Shown: in pieces, positions 1 through 15,200 of the stretch | How the letters are laid out: each line of letters opens with the position of its first letter | How positions within the stretch are numbered: position 1 is the first letter of the stretch | Assembly: GCA_977020255.1 (NCBI GenBank) | Contig: CDROCS010002621.1 | Location: 62,001-126,000, forward strand | Source of the DNA: Obrimoposthia wandeli | Lineage: Eukaryota | Direction: 5' to 3' | Length of the DNA: 64,000 bases | The notes under the pieces: model-generated | Told to the model about the DNA's origin: nothing | The model's input: only the letters and a program-made list of their open reading frames with translations | Database searches by the model: none | Program-made: the position numbers and the translations under genes

Positions 1-233
1 TAACAATATTAAATGATCAACTGTATTTAAAGGCTTCATTATTCAACATTTTCATCCCAATTAAAATAGTTCAACATTTGGGTGAATCTCATAGTATTAC
101 TTCCCATATGTCGATTGGAATTTTAAAACTTACTGTTTTATTCTATCACCCAGGAACATTTTCTATGTTTGCTTTATAAAACACAAAAACTTGATTTCGG
201 TCTATAAGTTGAAACTACATTTTATTCTCGCAG

Positions 234-3200
234 ATCGTGGTTTTGGAAAGTGATGTCCCAGTTGTCATAGAAACCGTTCTCTACTGCTTCACGGTGATCA
301 TTCTTCAAATGCAAAGCGTCCCAAAAATGTGAGTGATTTTATTCCATATTTGCCATATATTTCGCCGTTTATTTTTCGAAAAAAATAATCGACGTTGACA
401 AATTTGTAAGCAACGAAATAAAAATTTAATTATATAATTGTTTTAATTAATTGCATTTGGTCATTACGTAAACATATTTGATATCAAAAAGACATTTCCC
501 ATGCATCTACAATTTCAGAATAAAATTCCTTTTTAGATTTGCCGATTTTCATACATGGTTCATAATTATTAATCATATACAGCTCCGACTTCTTTCTTAA
601 TTTATTTTTAAAGGAGATTTGAACAAATATATCAAGCGGTTGTAAATGTTTTGTGAGAACACCAGGTATTACACAAGATTTATTTCGTACTTTAAAAGTC
701 TTCTTTATATCATCTGTTAAATGAGCTCGACATGAAACCTTTCAAAACTGACGGTGGTTGGCAAAAGGAACTCTTTCGTTTATCCGATTCATTTTTTATT
801 CAATCAGCATAGACTTCCATTTCTTTTTGATTGGCCTTTTTTATTATTTCTTAGGAAATATTTTCTTTTGAAGAGTAGGAATGGGAAAATATAGGAGAAG
901 CATAATATATGAGATGGATTTATTCATTTGGAGTGAAAATTCAAATAAAATGACCTCTACAATGTTAATAAAAGATTTAATCTTAACCAAACATGATGAA
1001 ATTTTTAGTTTAATTATGTATGAAAAAGCATAATTTAATTTAGTTCACATATTTATCTAACCTGCAAAGAATTTTGACATCTACATTTCCCTTGATTACC
1101 TTGTATTAACATTAATCTTTGATTCGTTCACTGAGATTTGCAATATGACAATAAAAAGTAGCACATGTTAATAATTTAACTAAATATAATTTAAATTTAA
1201 GAAACTTAATTACAAAACACGTTTAATTTTAAATTTTTAATAATATTTGTCAACAATTTTAAAGTATAACTTTAATCTATATATATTTTGCTTTATAATT
1301 GAAGACCATTTAATTAGCAGATTTATATTGCTTAAGTTAGAAATTATATTCCTGGTCAATTTTGAGGCAAATAAGTTTAGGAATTAAGTAATTAGAATCA
1401 AGTTTTAAGTAAGCATTGTATTTTAAATTATTACGTATATCTAGAACATTTTTTATGAGTAAATCCAAAGACTTAACCAAAAAAGAGCGATTTTCAATAA
1501 ATATATTGAGAGGACTAGGAGTTAAAAGTTCAAAGATAGCTGATAGTCTTGGTAGACACCGTACCATCATAGAGAAATAAGGTAACATATAGTAAATACG
1601 AAAAGCCGTTATCTCCGAAAGAATGATTAGAAGAATCAGAAGATTAGTCACTTCCTTACCAGTTACGATTTCGTATATCAGGCAAGTGCTCAATATTAAA
1701 GCATCGAAAGAAACTGTAAGACTCACCATGCAAAAGGAGGGAATGAAGTGTATTTGGTGTGTCAAGATTTTCATTAGATATTTTGATTATCTTTAATTTT
1801 TATTTTTAGTTTAAGACTTTCTTTTCATTGTTTTCAATTTTTTTCTGTTATGCTATTTTAATTTAAAATAAATATTTCAACAAATAATATAATTAAATGA
1901 GTTATTTTTATGTAGAAAAATATATTCTATTTAACTATAATATGCAATTCAGTTAAATTAAATTTTTAAATAATTAAATTATGCAGCTTATTAATTGGAG
2001 CGACTTCAAATCAAGACTAATGGGTAATTTTCAATATTCTCTGATAAAATGAATAATATTTGTTAATCCTTTTATTTTATAATGCAAATGAAAATTATAC
2101 ATAAATATATTTTTAAAAATCAAATGTTCCAATCCGCCCACAAACCAAATACTTTAGATTATTTTAGTAACTTGTGAAAAGTAAGTTATATTAATAATTA
2201 ATACTATTTGCAATGATAGAAACAGTTTACACGAATGTTAGGTTTGGAAGAAAATCAGTCCCTGTGGTGGGGAATTGAACCATGGGTCTCACTTCTTGAA
2301 AGTCGCGTTTTCTACATCTGAACTGTCATAGCTCATAATTTTTCCAAATAAAACAATAAACAACACAAATTAAATAACACAATATATAAATTTATAATTG
2401 GTAAATAGCTGAATTTTGTCATCATTTTCTTAAAATAAATACATCTACTGATTCTAAGGAAATTGTTTTTTTGACTTTGTAAAAGTCGTTTGTACTTATT
2501 TTAAGTCTCATGCTTAAAAATATAAATATGTTATATAAATGTTTTGCAGAATCACAGAAAATATCGGTCTTTTGGTGGCTCTTCTATTGGATTCAAAGCA
2601 ACCCAGTCACACGGTGAGTAAAACTGATTTAATTTGAATATCAACATATTAATTTTCGAAATTTCACATTGTCATATTTTCTGAATAAATATTCATTGAA
2701 TATTATTTAGGCATGCTATTTACTATTATCAGTAGTCTTATTAAAATTTCAATCATATTTAAATATTATCTTTAAAAGAACAACAGATTTTTTTAATTAA
2801 AATCTTTAATTAACAGTTAATCAATCAAGCTCTTTTAGTTGATTTCTTATACTTTTATTTTTTTATTTTAAAGACCAATTGTGCAACTCTGTTTTGAATA
2901 ATTTGTAGTTTTAAGTAACATTCTAAGGTATTATAAAGGAGCGAATTTTGAAAATCTAGTTTAAATGAAAAAATACTTTGTGTAATTCATATATTCAAAA
3001 AGTTGATATTTAGCACCAAATAAATAATGTTACACTACTTATAAATTGTAAGTACCATAAATATCGAAGTATGTAATCAAAAATTAAGGTTGCATATCAT
3101 ATTAGAATTTGAAATTGTATTCCCCGCTAAAAAACTTTCAAATAGACAATTGTTTAATCTAAATTATGCGACTTTGTAAGATTCTATTTAGAAATAGAAA

Positions 3201-6200
3201 TAGCGCTGCTTGTCAGTTCCTAAATGGTGCGATAAGAATCTACTGTATATTAAAACATTTTAGGTATATTTAAGTAACAATGTTAAGGTGCGTTTAAACA
3301 TGGTAGCATATTTTACTTTGAATTTTTACGGTAGTATTAGTGCGTATTATGTAGTGCACTGTTATGTTGCCTAGATGGGCACCTGATAAAGCCTTTTTAC
3401 AGGCGACTACGGCTCTGCTGTGCAGTCAGTTGATGAGCCACAATGTCGTGATCAAAATCGAGGCACACGAACTCATCAACACCGCCAAATACCTCTTCAC
3501 AGAGCTCGAGCAGGTGTGTCAAGCGACCCCCCTGAACTATGGCGTTCTTGATGGCATCTTCAGTTTCATTTACCATCATCTCACTCTCGCCACCTTTGAG
3601 GTTAGTAATTTAACATCACAATAAGCATGCACAATTGTATCGGAAATCTATATGAAATAAAGTATGTAAAATAATCACCAATTTATGTCTTTCGAACTGT
3701 ATTACATATAACAATAACTGTAATTTCCATAGTGTACCTTCTGCTTGTTCAAGAAGGTCGATATGGCAACATTTATATATCTAAAATAAATATGACATAC
3801 GTATATGGCGAATGGATCATATTACAACATGTATATAAAACTGTTATCAAGATTAATTTAGTTATCATTAAAAATAATATATTTAATTTAGCGCTAATAT
3901 CTAATAAATCTATGGTTTATTACTCAAAAGTGCTTACTGTTTTCTTTTTAACTTTTTACTGAATACTAAATTTTTGGCTGCTTCTTAATTTTTACAACAT
4001 TGTTGAAGTTTCTTAAATACATCAAAAAAAAATGTTATGATTCTTGATTCTTATGGCTCTTGACAAATCTGCAGTCATCATCATTGATCCTGAGGTTCGA
4101 GAATTGAGGCATTGATCGTTAGCCAATAGAGCTTTTGTTCAATTTTTCTAACACTTTTCTTTAATGTGAAAATAATTCTAAAGGCTTTGTTTAAAAAAAT
4201 CTAAGGAATTTAATTGATCATCTGGAACAGAAACTAATTTTTAAAATCAAGTCTTGATTTAATAACTGCATACGTTAGGTTTGTAGTTATCTCAGTAGTA
4301 AGGTATTTTCTTATTTGATAAATCTTTTTATGTGACTTGTGCATGTTCTTATTACATTATTAATTTGAAAATTCTGTGTAATGTTTTAATCGAGGACGCA
4401 ACCAATGTTATTTATGGTAATTTTTAAATTAGTAATATTTTCACTGCCATGCATGAAACTTCTTTTTTCTCTAATACGGTTTGTATTATTCTTAAATCCA
4501 AATAATATGGCATTTCATTCATCTTCAATTGTCTTGATTTCATCCAAAAAACTATTTGATTACTAAAATTTCCATTCTAATTAATGTGATTTCAGTCATT
4601 AGAATCAAAATATCAACCTAAAGTTGTGTATCATCAGCATAAAGATATAAATAGATATTTTATTGCTTAATAATCGCTGCAATTGACGAAGTATAAATCA
4701 AAAATACGATTGTACCAATAATTGTGATTCAGTATTTTCTCAAATATTTGAAATTTGAATTGGCCAATTGGGACCGACATGTTTAAAAGGCACCATATAT
4801 AAGTGGTTTTTGTAAAATTATTTAGGTATATTGGTCATTGTGGTTTTGATTGCACATGTGTTGTATCTATCTGAGGCATTTTGATGTGTTTGATTTAGAT
4901 ATTTATCTCAAGAACGATGGTTTGTTTATATCATGAATTGGAGAAGTGATGTTTATCTCACCTATTTTTACTAGAAAATTGTCCCTAAACAAGCATATTG
5001 ATCACGCTATTGTGGAGTTAAAAAACTCATTTTAAACGTGATACATAGGTTATTAACTATTTTGTGTAAAATGAAAGATTCTTTGGGAGTTATTTTGAAT
5101 TTTTTTTTTTTTTATGTTGAATTTTAAAATTAAAAAATAATTTTTATGAAATAACTTGATAGTTTCAGGATTTATACAATACTAAATTTCTGGAACTTCT
5201 ACAGATTTTATTTACTTGTAAATTCATATGAATAATATTTTTTTATATAATGCATGGGTTGTCAATAATTCTGAATGTAATTGATTAAATTATGTATCTA
5301 AGGTTGCTATGTAAGCAAAGATTTAATTAAATAAATTTAATTTCATATGTAAAAATATGTAGGTTTATTATTTATGTTTGAAAAATAACTAATGTTATAC
5401 TACTTATAAAGGTAAGTAACTTGAGTAAAGCACAATTACATTTCTGCAGGCGGAACTGACGTTCGTGCAAATGGTATTCGAATCTCACTTGTGGGAGTGC
5501 TTCTGGCATAGACTGGCTCAGACCCTCGGCATACTTGATCTTGACGGCAGTCATGGAGACTGCATCCCTGATAATGGTGATCAGGACGTGCCTGTCGTGT
5601 GGACACTCATTTCACCTCAGGGTCTGCTCGTTTTCCTCAATGTTGCCATCAATATTTTCACAAAGGTTGGCAGTGGTTTTGGATGCTTTTAATGTATTAA
5701 TTATTAATTTATTTTCGATTAAAATATAAGTGGTATTTTTTTAACAACATACAAAATTTATTTAATTGTTGAATATTCTTTTCTGGTTTAAGTTTAATTT
5801 CATTTTAGCCAGTTCTTTAATTAAAATTAAAATATATTTTATTTAATCTAAAAAAGTATTAATTTTATCAGTTAATAATAATAATTATTTTAATTTCACT
5901 GTCGTTGCTGCACAGGCTCCTCTCGAATCTGTGGAAAGTCTGGTCCGTGAGAACTCGTTCAGTCTTCGATGTCTTCGGACCTTAGTGGAGCAGTCCTTCG
6001 TTCAGACCGTCTACGAGTGGTGAGTTAATTTTATTACATTTCAGAAATGTCTTCTTGGTGAAAATAAACCATCTTGACAAAGCCGGATTTAAGTCCTTCA
6101 TTTTCGCTTAAAATTGACGCTAAACATATATCGTAATTTGTTCTGATTGGCTCATATAAACCTATTCTTGATATTGCATATTTATAGATCTTCTACGTTA

Positions 6201-9200
6201 ATTGATGCATTCCTATCGGTCAAAAGGTTTTGACAAATAAATTTTAAAACTAATTTAATAATGTACATAGAATTGAAAAGTAAATGCTAAAAAAGTAATT
6301 AGGGATTCAAATGTGTTTCTCATCTTTTATTTGAATATAACTACTTGAAAATTGAGGAAAGAACCATATTATGTCAAATGGTTAGTCAACTGAAAATATC
6401 TCTACAATGTATACGATCAACCAATCAGCTCCTGGCAATTATCTTATTGGTCACCCCGTGCAGCCCAATCAGCAAACCCAACAACAGTGGCCTGGTCCAG
6501 GATATGATAACTGCTGCACTTCAGCTGCTCTGTTTCCCATTCGCCTTAGAGACAAGCGCTGACATCACAAACAAGCTACTTGAGTAAGTATGCCCAAAAA
6601 ATTCTAAAACAATTATATCTTTAGAAAATGGTATTTATTGTTTTTTTTCATTTCTTTGCTGTGTTTTTGCAGATATTTAATTGTGATAGTTGCAAGAAAA
6701 AAAAGAGACTTGTGTGAAATTTATAGCATATTTATCTATATTTTCTATTACTTTTGGTAAAGTTTGGTAAAGTTCATTGTGAATTCGTTTAAAAAATTAT
6801 GTTTGCTTAACAGATTTTCTTAAATTATCTACAATTATATTATGAATTAAAGTGTGTATTACTGAAGGTGTCAAAGTTAAAATAAGAGACATTTCAAGGA
6901 AAACTTATTTTCATGTATAATATATACCCTTGCCGTTGGGGTCAGACGGGTTAAATTCTTTGTCTCTAAGGTTTGAGTACGTATCTGTTTAGTAGGCATC
7001 GTCGAAGAGATATACGATCGTCTAGAAATAGTTTGATAGCATATGGCGATGTGCATATAATGTTTGACTGACATATGGCTATGACGCCGAAAGAGGTAGA
7101 CTTATGACTGCGAAGCTTTGAATTATATCGTTGTTTTATCGTCTTTGGTGATGACCTTTGCATTAAGATGTAGTTATATCATGTATACGCAATTGCCACG
7201 ACTTCTGCTGTATGTCACGAACTCTACGAGCTTCTCAAAAACAAAAACTGTGCATCTTCTGTCTGTCGACACCAATTTTGGATGCTTATCTCGTTGATTC
7301 TTTATTTTGAGTCCTAGTGAAATGTGAATCAGTTCCAATACATTTATAAGATACATCAGAATTTAAGGCACGATTTTTAATTTAAACACCCGCATCTTAT
7401 ACACTCCGCTAACGGTATTCTACCATTACTTATTAATATTAGTAGGTGGATGTATCCGGTCTAATCCACCTCCCGGGGGGCTACCACTGTCCTTTAAAAC
7501 CGTGCATGTGTGTGGAGTGAAATTTCGTGCATGTGTGTATCCATTCCACCCTGTATATATGTATTGCTTGTCAGGCCACCGCGGGCTCGAAGGGCACGCG
7601 TTGGCCCTTAGATGGCCTCTCAGGCACTTCCTCACTCTGAGGGAGCACTATGAGATTTTCAATTTTAAAGGGTGTTATATGGGGTTAATTCGTTTTTTGT
7701 GTGTTGGGAGGGGGTGTAGAAAATTCCACTCCACACACATACATGAAATTTCACTCCACACACATGCACGGTTTTAAAGGACAGTGGTAGCCCCCCGGGG
7801 GAGGGGGTGGATTAAACCGGACACATCCACCTACTAATATTGTATAATGAAATTTGTCAAATCATTTACAGTCATTTATTATTATTGATTCTAAGTTTAA
7901 ATATTTTCTTTGATTATCAGTCGTTCATTGTACTTCACGTAATCATTAAATGGTTAAGTTTGTATTTTAATTTAAACTTTAAATTCTATGTTTTATAAAT
8001 TTATTTGAATAAGTATGTTTATGTTAAACGAATAAAAGATTAACGAATGTACAATACCCAATAGAAACTTTACAAAACGTTTTCTGATGCAAATTTATTA
8101 AATATGTTATTTCCGATGCAGAAGATATCAATGTCAGTTAGTATATGGTCGCCCAGTTAATAATGCCGGTGTGTATGTGTGAACAGGGCGTACAGTGAGC
8201 AGAAGCTGGCCTATACGGCACTGGCCTCAGCCGAGAAGTTTCTGCCGCGAGGCCAGTCCGAGATGGTGGTGGGTCTGCTGTGCTACTTGTCTATGAGCAG
8301 CGAGCACTTCCTCGACCAGATATACGCTACCTTCCACTCGGCACCCAAGGTGGGTACTTCCTACATTGATCACTAATTCACTGTTGCCCACTTTTCGCAA
8401 GCAATTACAACTTCACAGTCGGTCACACCGGACATCTCTATCATAATAAGAGGGGTGGAAATTTGACCCTTATCCGGCGCCGTTAAAATATTTACGTTTA
8501 TGGCGCAGAGGGTCTTCTTTTTTTCCTTCAATTGCTAATAAATACAGCATTGTAATAATTTATAATGATCGACTCAGACGCGTTACGGGATCAATTTTTA
8601 GGAGGTTACACGAATTCATTAAAACATATATGAAAAACATCCAGAAAAATAAGAATTTTAGCAACGAAAATAACCAATAAAATTAATTATAATTTCATGT
8701 TACAATGTTTCAAAATGTTTATTTCGCTCTTTTACTCTCAAGAATCATTAAATCACGTAAGCTTGCACAGTGAAGTGAATTCTTCACATATTTTAGTCCT
8801 CAGAAAGATCTTTCACAGGACAAGGATGAGATTGGCTAAATCAACATTGGCTTATATAAATTTAAAATGTTTAAATAAAGATTACCCATACTACTTTCTA
8901 AAAGTTGAATGTAAATATCGTGAACTTTAATTCTGGACAGATGTTTTCTGATGTCTTATCTTTATAAACGATAACAAATGTCATCAATGCTGAAGTTTGA
9001 TGACAATTTTGGTTGAAATGACTAACTTCAATATAGTTGTCATTCTCTTCATGTTTTGAAACTAAAAATTCCTCAAATGCGATTCTTATCGGATCATGCT
9101 CTTGACTTTTTCTTGAAGTAAAATTATAAATATGTATCAGTTAAATGTTTACTCAACCAATATAAATATAAAATAATGCTGAAGACTTTCCAATTTAAGA

Positions 9201-12200
9201 AATATAATGAAGAGTAACTTTATTATGAAAATTGAAGTAAATGTATGAAAGTTTTATTCGTCTTGAGTAATGCGTAGTATACTGTTAGATTCCTTCGCTT
9301 TATAAATATATTTTTTCTTAACTTTCTTAAAATAGTTGGAATAAATTGTTGATGGTAGTTGGTGTCTGTTGTAATGGGCAGTATCAGCAGCTGCTACGTG
9401 ACTGGCTTCTGGCAAAACCGGCACCGTCCTCAGAGTCGCAGGCAGATGGAGACACCAAGAGTGGCGTATGTGGTGTCCTGGGGCAAGTGCTGCGCTTCGT
9501 GCCGGACTCGCACCCCACTGTCGCTGACATCCTCCGCGGTGACAAAGGTGCTTACCTACACAGAGCAGCACATTTCATCGATTTTCTAAACTAAAATATT
9601 CGTTAAATCTGTAAAAATGTGATATTTGTTATTGAATGATCATTTTTGGTGCAGGAGACTACGACCCACTGTTGTTGTTGCTAAGAGACCACAGGCCGGA
9701 GGTGCTTGCCCGCGCAGTCAGTTTGGTGGGTCTTCTCATCAGTCCCGACGACAGCTTCTACTCCGTCATCCAGCAGTAGTGAGTAGCTTTTGTTGCTGCC
9801 TATTTTACTGAATAACTAGGTCCTTTTTCTTATAAGTCAGCATGTCAGTACTATTCACTTTAAGCTTTATTTTTCTTTATTTTAACTTTATTCATTATAT
9901 TTGCTGCGGTGTTACGATGAAAGACCGTATATGCATGTTATCAACAACAAAAATGTATGATGGAAAATACACAGTATTGATGTTTCGTGTACGTGTGGAG
10001 AAAAAAGTCATATCTAACCACTTTTACCATCTTTGAAAATATGAAAAATCGTAACTAGCTAATTCTTTTTAACAAATTACATTTTTGCAGATGTGGTATG
10101 TCTTTTTAAAACGATAAAAACTCTCTAATTTCATTTTTTTCCTTTCATTGTATTGTTATTAGAATATTTAACTTTTTTAATTATGAATGTTGTAAAATTA
10201 AGAAGATAGTACAAGAGTTTGAATTTTGCAAAAATCTATTAATATTAAAACAACAATACATATACAAACAAGGATTATTTCACCACACTTTCCCCTTTTC
10301 TTCTTTACTATCTGAATCGGATTGGTTTCTGTCTCTGTCATCTAGGATATTTCTTTTGCTATCGATCGGGGTGAGGGGTTGTATTAGACTGAACACATCC
10401 ACCTACTACTGTAATATCCAAAATTTATTTTATCAATGTAAAAACAATTATCTGCTTCTAAACAATTTCAAATGGTAATCTATTTTTTTAAATAATAATA
10501 AAGACTAATAAATAATATATTTATTTTGAGAAATACTTCCACAAAGTTGTTTTGTAACGTCTCTAAGAATCATGCATCGTTCAACGTTTGGGTCCGAGGT
10601 GATTATTAATTCACAAACATCGTCTACTTTGTTAATTAGCGTCGATTTTATTTTAAATTGACAAGGTTAAAATCCATATATAGCAAAATCCGCACTAATC
10701 AAGGACTGGCAGCATATTTTAAAGATTCAGAAAATGTGTAGTATACATTTCCAAACAAATTATTTTTTCTCACAGCCAGTGTGTCTGATATTTCCATAGT
10801 ATTTGTATGCAATAGAGAGAGTGAGAGGTTTGGTCTGATTAGCTGATACACTGAATATTTTGTCATTATGTTTATACTATATAATCGCCAAGAATTTTCA
10901 GTATATGGTGACTTAACAAAGTATCTTGTTCAATTCTGGCTTCTTACTAGTTTTGTTTCTTAACACTCGCAATAAAAACCTGGCCATGTCCTGAAAACCC
11001 CATTGGAATTCCTTAACATCTCCTGATGAATATGGAACTGAAGCTTATAAACCAACTGAAATTTGATAAAGTATGGTACGATAATGCTGTTATCGATCCT
11101 CATACAATTCTTCATTATGCACATTTTATCATTCCAGCTCGATGATCTCGATATTTGTGGCAAATCTGGACAATCCTGACTCCAATGTTCGAAGGGTAAG
11201 TTTATATTTTCCTATATGTTTAAATCAACTTTCCAATATCTCATATGACTTTTTATTGCCGTAATAAGTTAAATCGTTGAGTAACATTTTTTCAGTGTTA
11301 TGGAAAATATAAATAAAGTCTCAACAAAATTAAACAACATTATAAACCCTTGTCAAAATATCAACAACAAAAATTTCAGATATGTATGTAATTTATTGTA
11401 AGTGCTACTTTTCTTATTAACCTAAATGCATTTTCTTTATTCAATAACTTAATTAACAATCTAGAAAAAATACAGTTTCTTTTATCCATTGGTAGATTGT
11501 TGTAAAAATTCGGAGCATATATTTCAAATATTCTATCACTCTATTTGTTATTTGAGAATTTCTTGATCAATCTGCAGTTATAATCGTTGCCTTAAGAAGA
11601 TCTTATAAATATTTGAACTAATGTGAGAGTAGGATAATAAATAGAATGTTTAATTCATTTCTAGCAGTGATCGGTAGCCAATGGAGTTTAGCTTGTTATA
11701 TAATCCTTTTTGAACATTTTACAGAAAACCTGGCAATATGTTTTCATTCCAGAATCATGTTTCAATTTTTAAAACTATTAAATAATTTCTTTTTTAACTA
11801 AATGATATTAATTCTTTAATACAAATTATAATTTTAATTTATTAATTTGACTGGACAACAAAATCGAAATATATGGACTTTTTAAAATAAATAAATGAGT
11901 ATCTAAACCTATTTGTATGCTGATTCGAATAAAACCACTCTTAAATTTGTATCGCATCACCTTTTTTCGCCACGTGCTTACGAACTATTTATACAATAAA
12001 TTTATTTATACAATTAAAAATATACATTGTAATTAGTAAAAGTTATTCTTTTGATTGGGAAACACCTCGTTTTAAACTTCGGCAGTAATCAGCCATCATA
12101 TTGTAGTTATATTACCCTCAGTAGCATCTGTCCATTTTAGATATGAAAACCTTCACCATGTTCTTCACTGAATGCTCCTCAATTCTCTAAACAAAATATT

Positions 12201-15200
12201 TTTACTTAATAAATTATAAAAAAAAATTATCGAATTTTTGCTCATTTCAAATTTTAGCAGATTTTAATTTAAATGATTTAAGATTGTAATATTTATAATA
12301 AAAACTTTTATGGTTTACATTTTCAATTATAATAATAAATAAAATATTTTTGATATCATCAAAACTTAGTTGCATCAATAATCCTCAACATATGTGGCAA
12401 ATTGGCGATTTAAAGTCAACAGACTGCAGTAACATCCAAACTTTTAGAAGCATACTTAAAAACAGTGTAAAGTTCCGCTCTAGAAATTTGTAGCGTACAG
12501 TGTATTTTACCAACGACTTTCCCGGTTCAGAACTGTGCGCTGGTGTTGGGAAACTCCTTGATCCACAGTGAGTTACTCTACTCAGAGGTGCGCTCGGCCA
12601 TTCCGTCCCTGCTGCACCTACTCAGTGACACTTGTCCCAAGGTCAGAGTCAATGCCATCGGTGAGTCAAGATTAACTGGAATTGGGCTTCTCCCAGTGAC
12701 AAAATCGCTTCCAAGCTAAATATTTGAACTCGAATGTTCTGATTTCGACGGAAATTTATGAGTGATGAAAACATTAAAGTAAAATTCTTCTTCGGTCAGT
12801 TATTTTTGAAAATTCGTCATTAATTTGTATGTTAATCCTTTATTCGGAGACTCGTACATTTGAAACCAAAATTCGACTTTCGGCAAGCTTGTGGGATTCA
12901 CAGAATTGGAGATCCAAAAACGTGTTCTGAATCTTGTCTCGTCTTTCCATATAAAATATACAAATATAACAGTTATGTAATCAGAAACTGGATTTATCCT
13001 ACTTGTATTTATTGGTTTAAGTATTATTATTTAAATAATATAAATTGTGTTGTGGAATCTAACTCTTGAATTATGTCTACGAAAAAAAACATAAATATAA
13101 CATTTCTACTATTTACGATTGACAATTTAACATTAGAAACCTGTCATTTCATTGTGTGAAAACTTTTAAAGATTGTTATTGTATTATGGTCGTAAATTTC
13201 TAGTTAACGGAGGCAACTGAAGGTAGTTGATGTGTTATATAGGTGGATTTATATAAAATATCGGTTTGTGGTGCTCCGCTTTTTGACAGTCCTAAAAATA
13301 CTGGAAACTCGTATGTAGTTGAAATTCGGAAGGGCATTCACTAGAATGTTAGGCGTTCTTTGTGTCAAAGTGTTGACGATGTTCGAGTATGGACTTAGAA
13401 TCGTCGATCATACGAATTGAAGATTAACATTATAAACTACAACACTTTTAGACAATGACTGGACTTCTTGAGACCGTGAAGAGAAAAGAATTGACTGTTT
13501 ATTTTGCTTCGACGTTTTCAATATCCATCCATTTTTATCGAAATCAAATCCTTCAAGTTTGTCGGTGAAACAATATGCTCTAGATCAGGCATGTCAAACA
13601 CGCGGCCTGCGGGCCGCATGCGGCCCTCGTCAAGCACTGATGTGGCCCACGCATCGAATGTTGATTTAATAGCTAAATTATATAATATTGTTCTTCAATC
13701 GCGTATGTATAGTAGTTAATATCTATCACACGATCGAAGCATATAATGTGTTCGTGCATATATACATTTATATTAAATCAAGTGAGTAATCATCGAATAA
13801 AATACATAACACCATAAACTTTCGATGAAGAGGCGGTTTCGAAGATAAGTCAAATTTTTAAAATAATATTTTTTTATTAAAAAATAGGTATTGTTTTAAT
13901 ATTTCAATTTTTTTATTTGTGATCCCAAAATGGCTAATAATCCTCCAACAAAGAAAAAAAGGAAAATGTCTAGAGTCTAGATTATTGTCAAACTCTTTTG
14001 ATACTTTATCTGACACTAATTTTAATTGCAAGTAAACAAGGCCACGGAAGTGTTTTGTTTAACTATATCAACAAAAGAACACAACCGCGGTTTTTCAAAA
14101 TAAATAAAAACAAATGGATTCATTAGTTTACACTAATTGTTGTTGAGTTTTTGAGATTGTGAAATATTTGAGAAAGTAACTTTATTTAACTCAGTGTTGC
14201 TGTTGTTTGATTTTCGAATATATCTCAAATGGATTCCTTAGTTTACAATTAGATAGAATTGAAAAACTAAATAACTATTAAACGGATAAATCATTTTTGG
14301 CCTCTGATCAGCCATCTTCAGTCACTAAAAGCAATTGAAATTTGAAGTGTTTTTAGAAAGTATGATTGTGTCACTTTAATTTTACGTGTAATTTTTTGAA
14401 TACGTTTGAATATTATTATAGACTGTGTAGTCGGATAAATAATGATTCACAAACTTTACCTTAATAAAAATGAAAATTTTTACACAAAATTTTAAATTCA
14501 TTTATTGACGGTTTTATTTTTTCCACATTTTAGACAGTGATACGACTCAATTGAGTATGCTATCTGTTACCCTTTTAGAGGTGATGACCTTTCTCTCCAA
14601 TGTATAAATTTAGATGCATATGTTGGCATCTATCGTACATTATTTAATTCAATAATTTGACCTTTCATTTCAAGCATGAAATTCATAAAATCCTTCTGTA
14701 ATCGAATTGAGCTTTGCTATTTATTTCAGCGGCTCTAGGCAACATGGGTGTCCATTCCTCGATTCTCTGTGAAGATATTCTAGCTCACAAAGTGCTCAAC
14801 AGGTGAGTACAAAGGTTAATCAGGTTTGAAAGTAGCAACACACCCAGCAGTACAATAAAAACATATTTATTTACCGATCATATGATATTTGAAGGGTTTT
14901 TAAAATTATTTTTGATCATTTTGATACTTTCTATATTATTGGTAAACTTTTGGCCTAACATTAGCTTTCTATTTAAATAATATCTAATATATTTTAATGA
15001 ATTGTAAATACTGAATATTAAATACTGTAAATACTTTCAAATATGAGGTGACCTTCCCTGACAGTAAAGTGTATTTTTTTTCTGTAACCTTCTTTTTTAC
15101 ACATGCAGCTTATATCAATTAAAAGGAAAATGTTTCAGCTGTAATTTGTAAGTATCAACGAGATTTGGAATTATTCAGTCTCAGACATGGTAAAAATTAT

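Noticed and set aside
1337-1774. 145-aa minus-strand ORF as a real gene
   Set aside because: It is the antisense shadow of a plus-strand Tc3-like transposase remnant (1455-1760).
10700-11120. Possible transposase remnant on the minus strand
   Set aside because: Coding-like composition but no motif I can assign with confidence.
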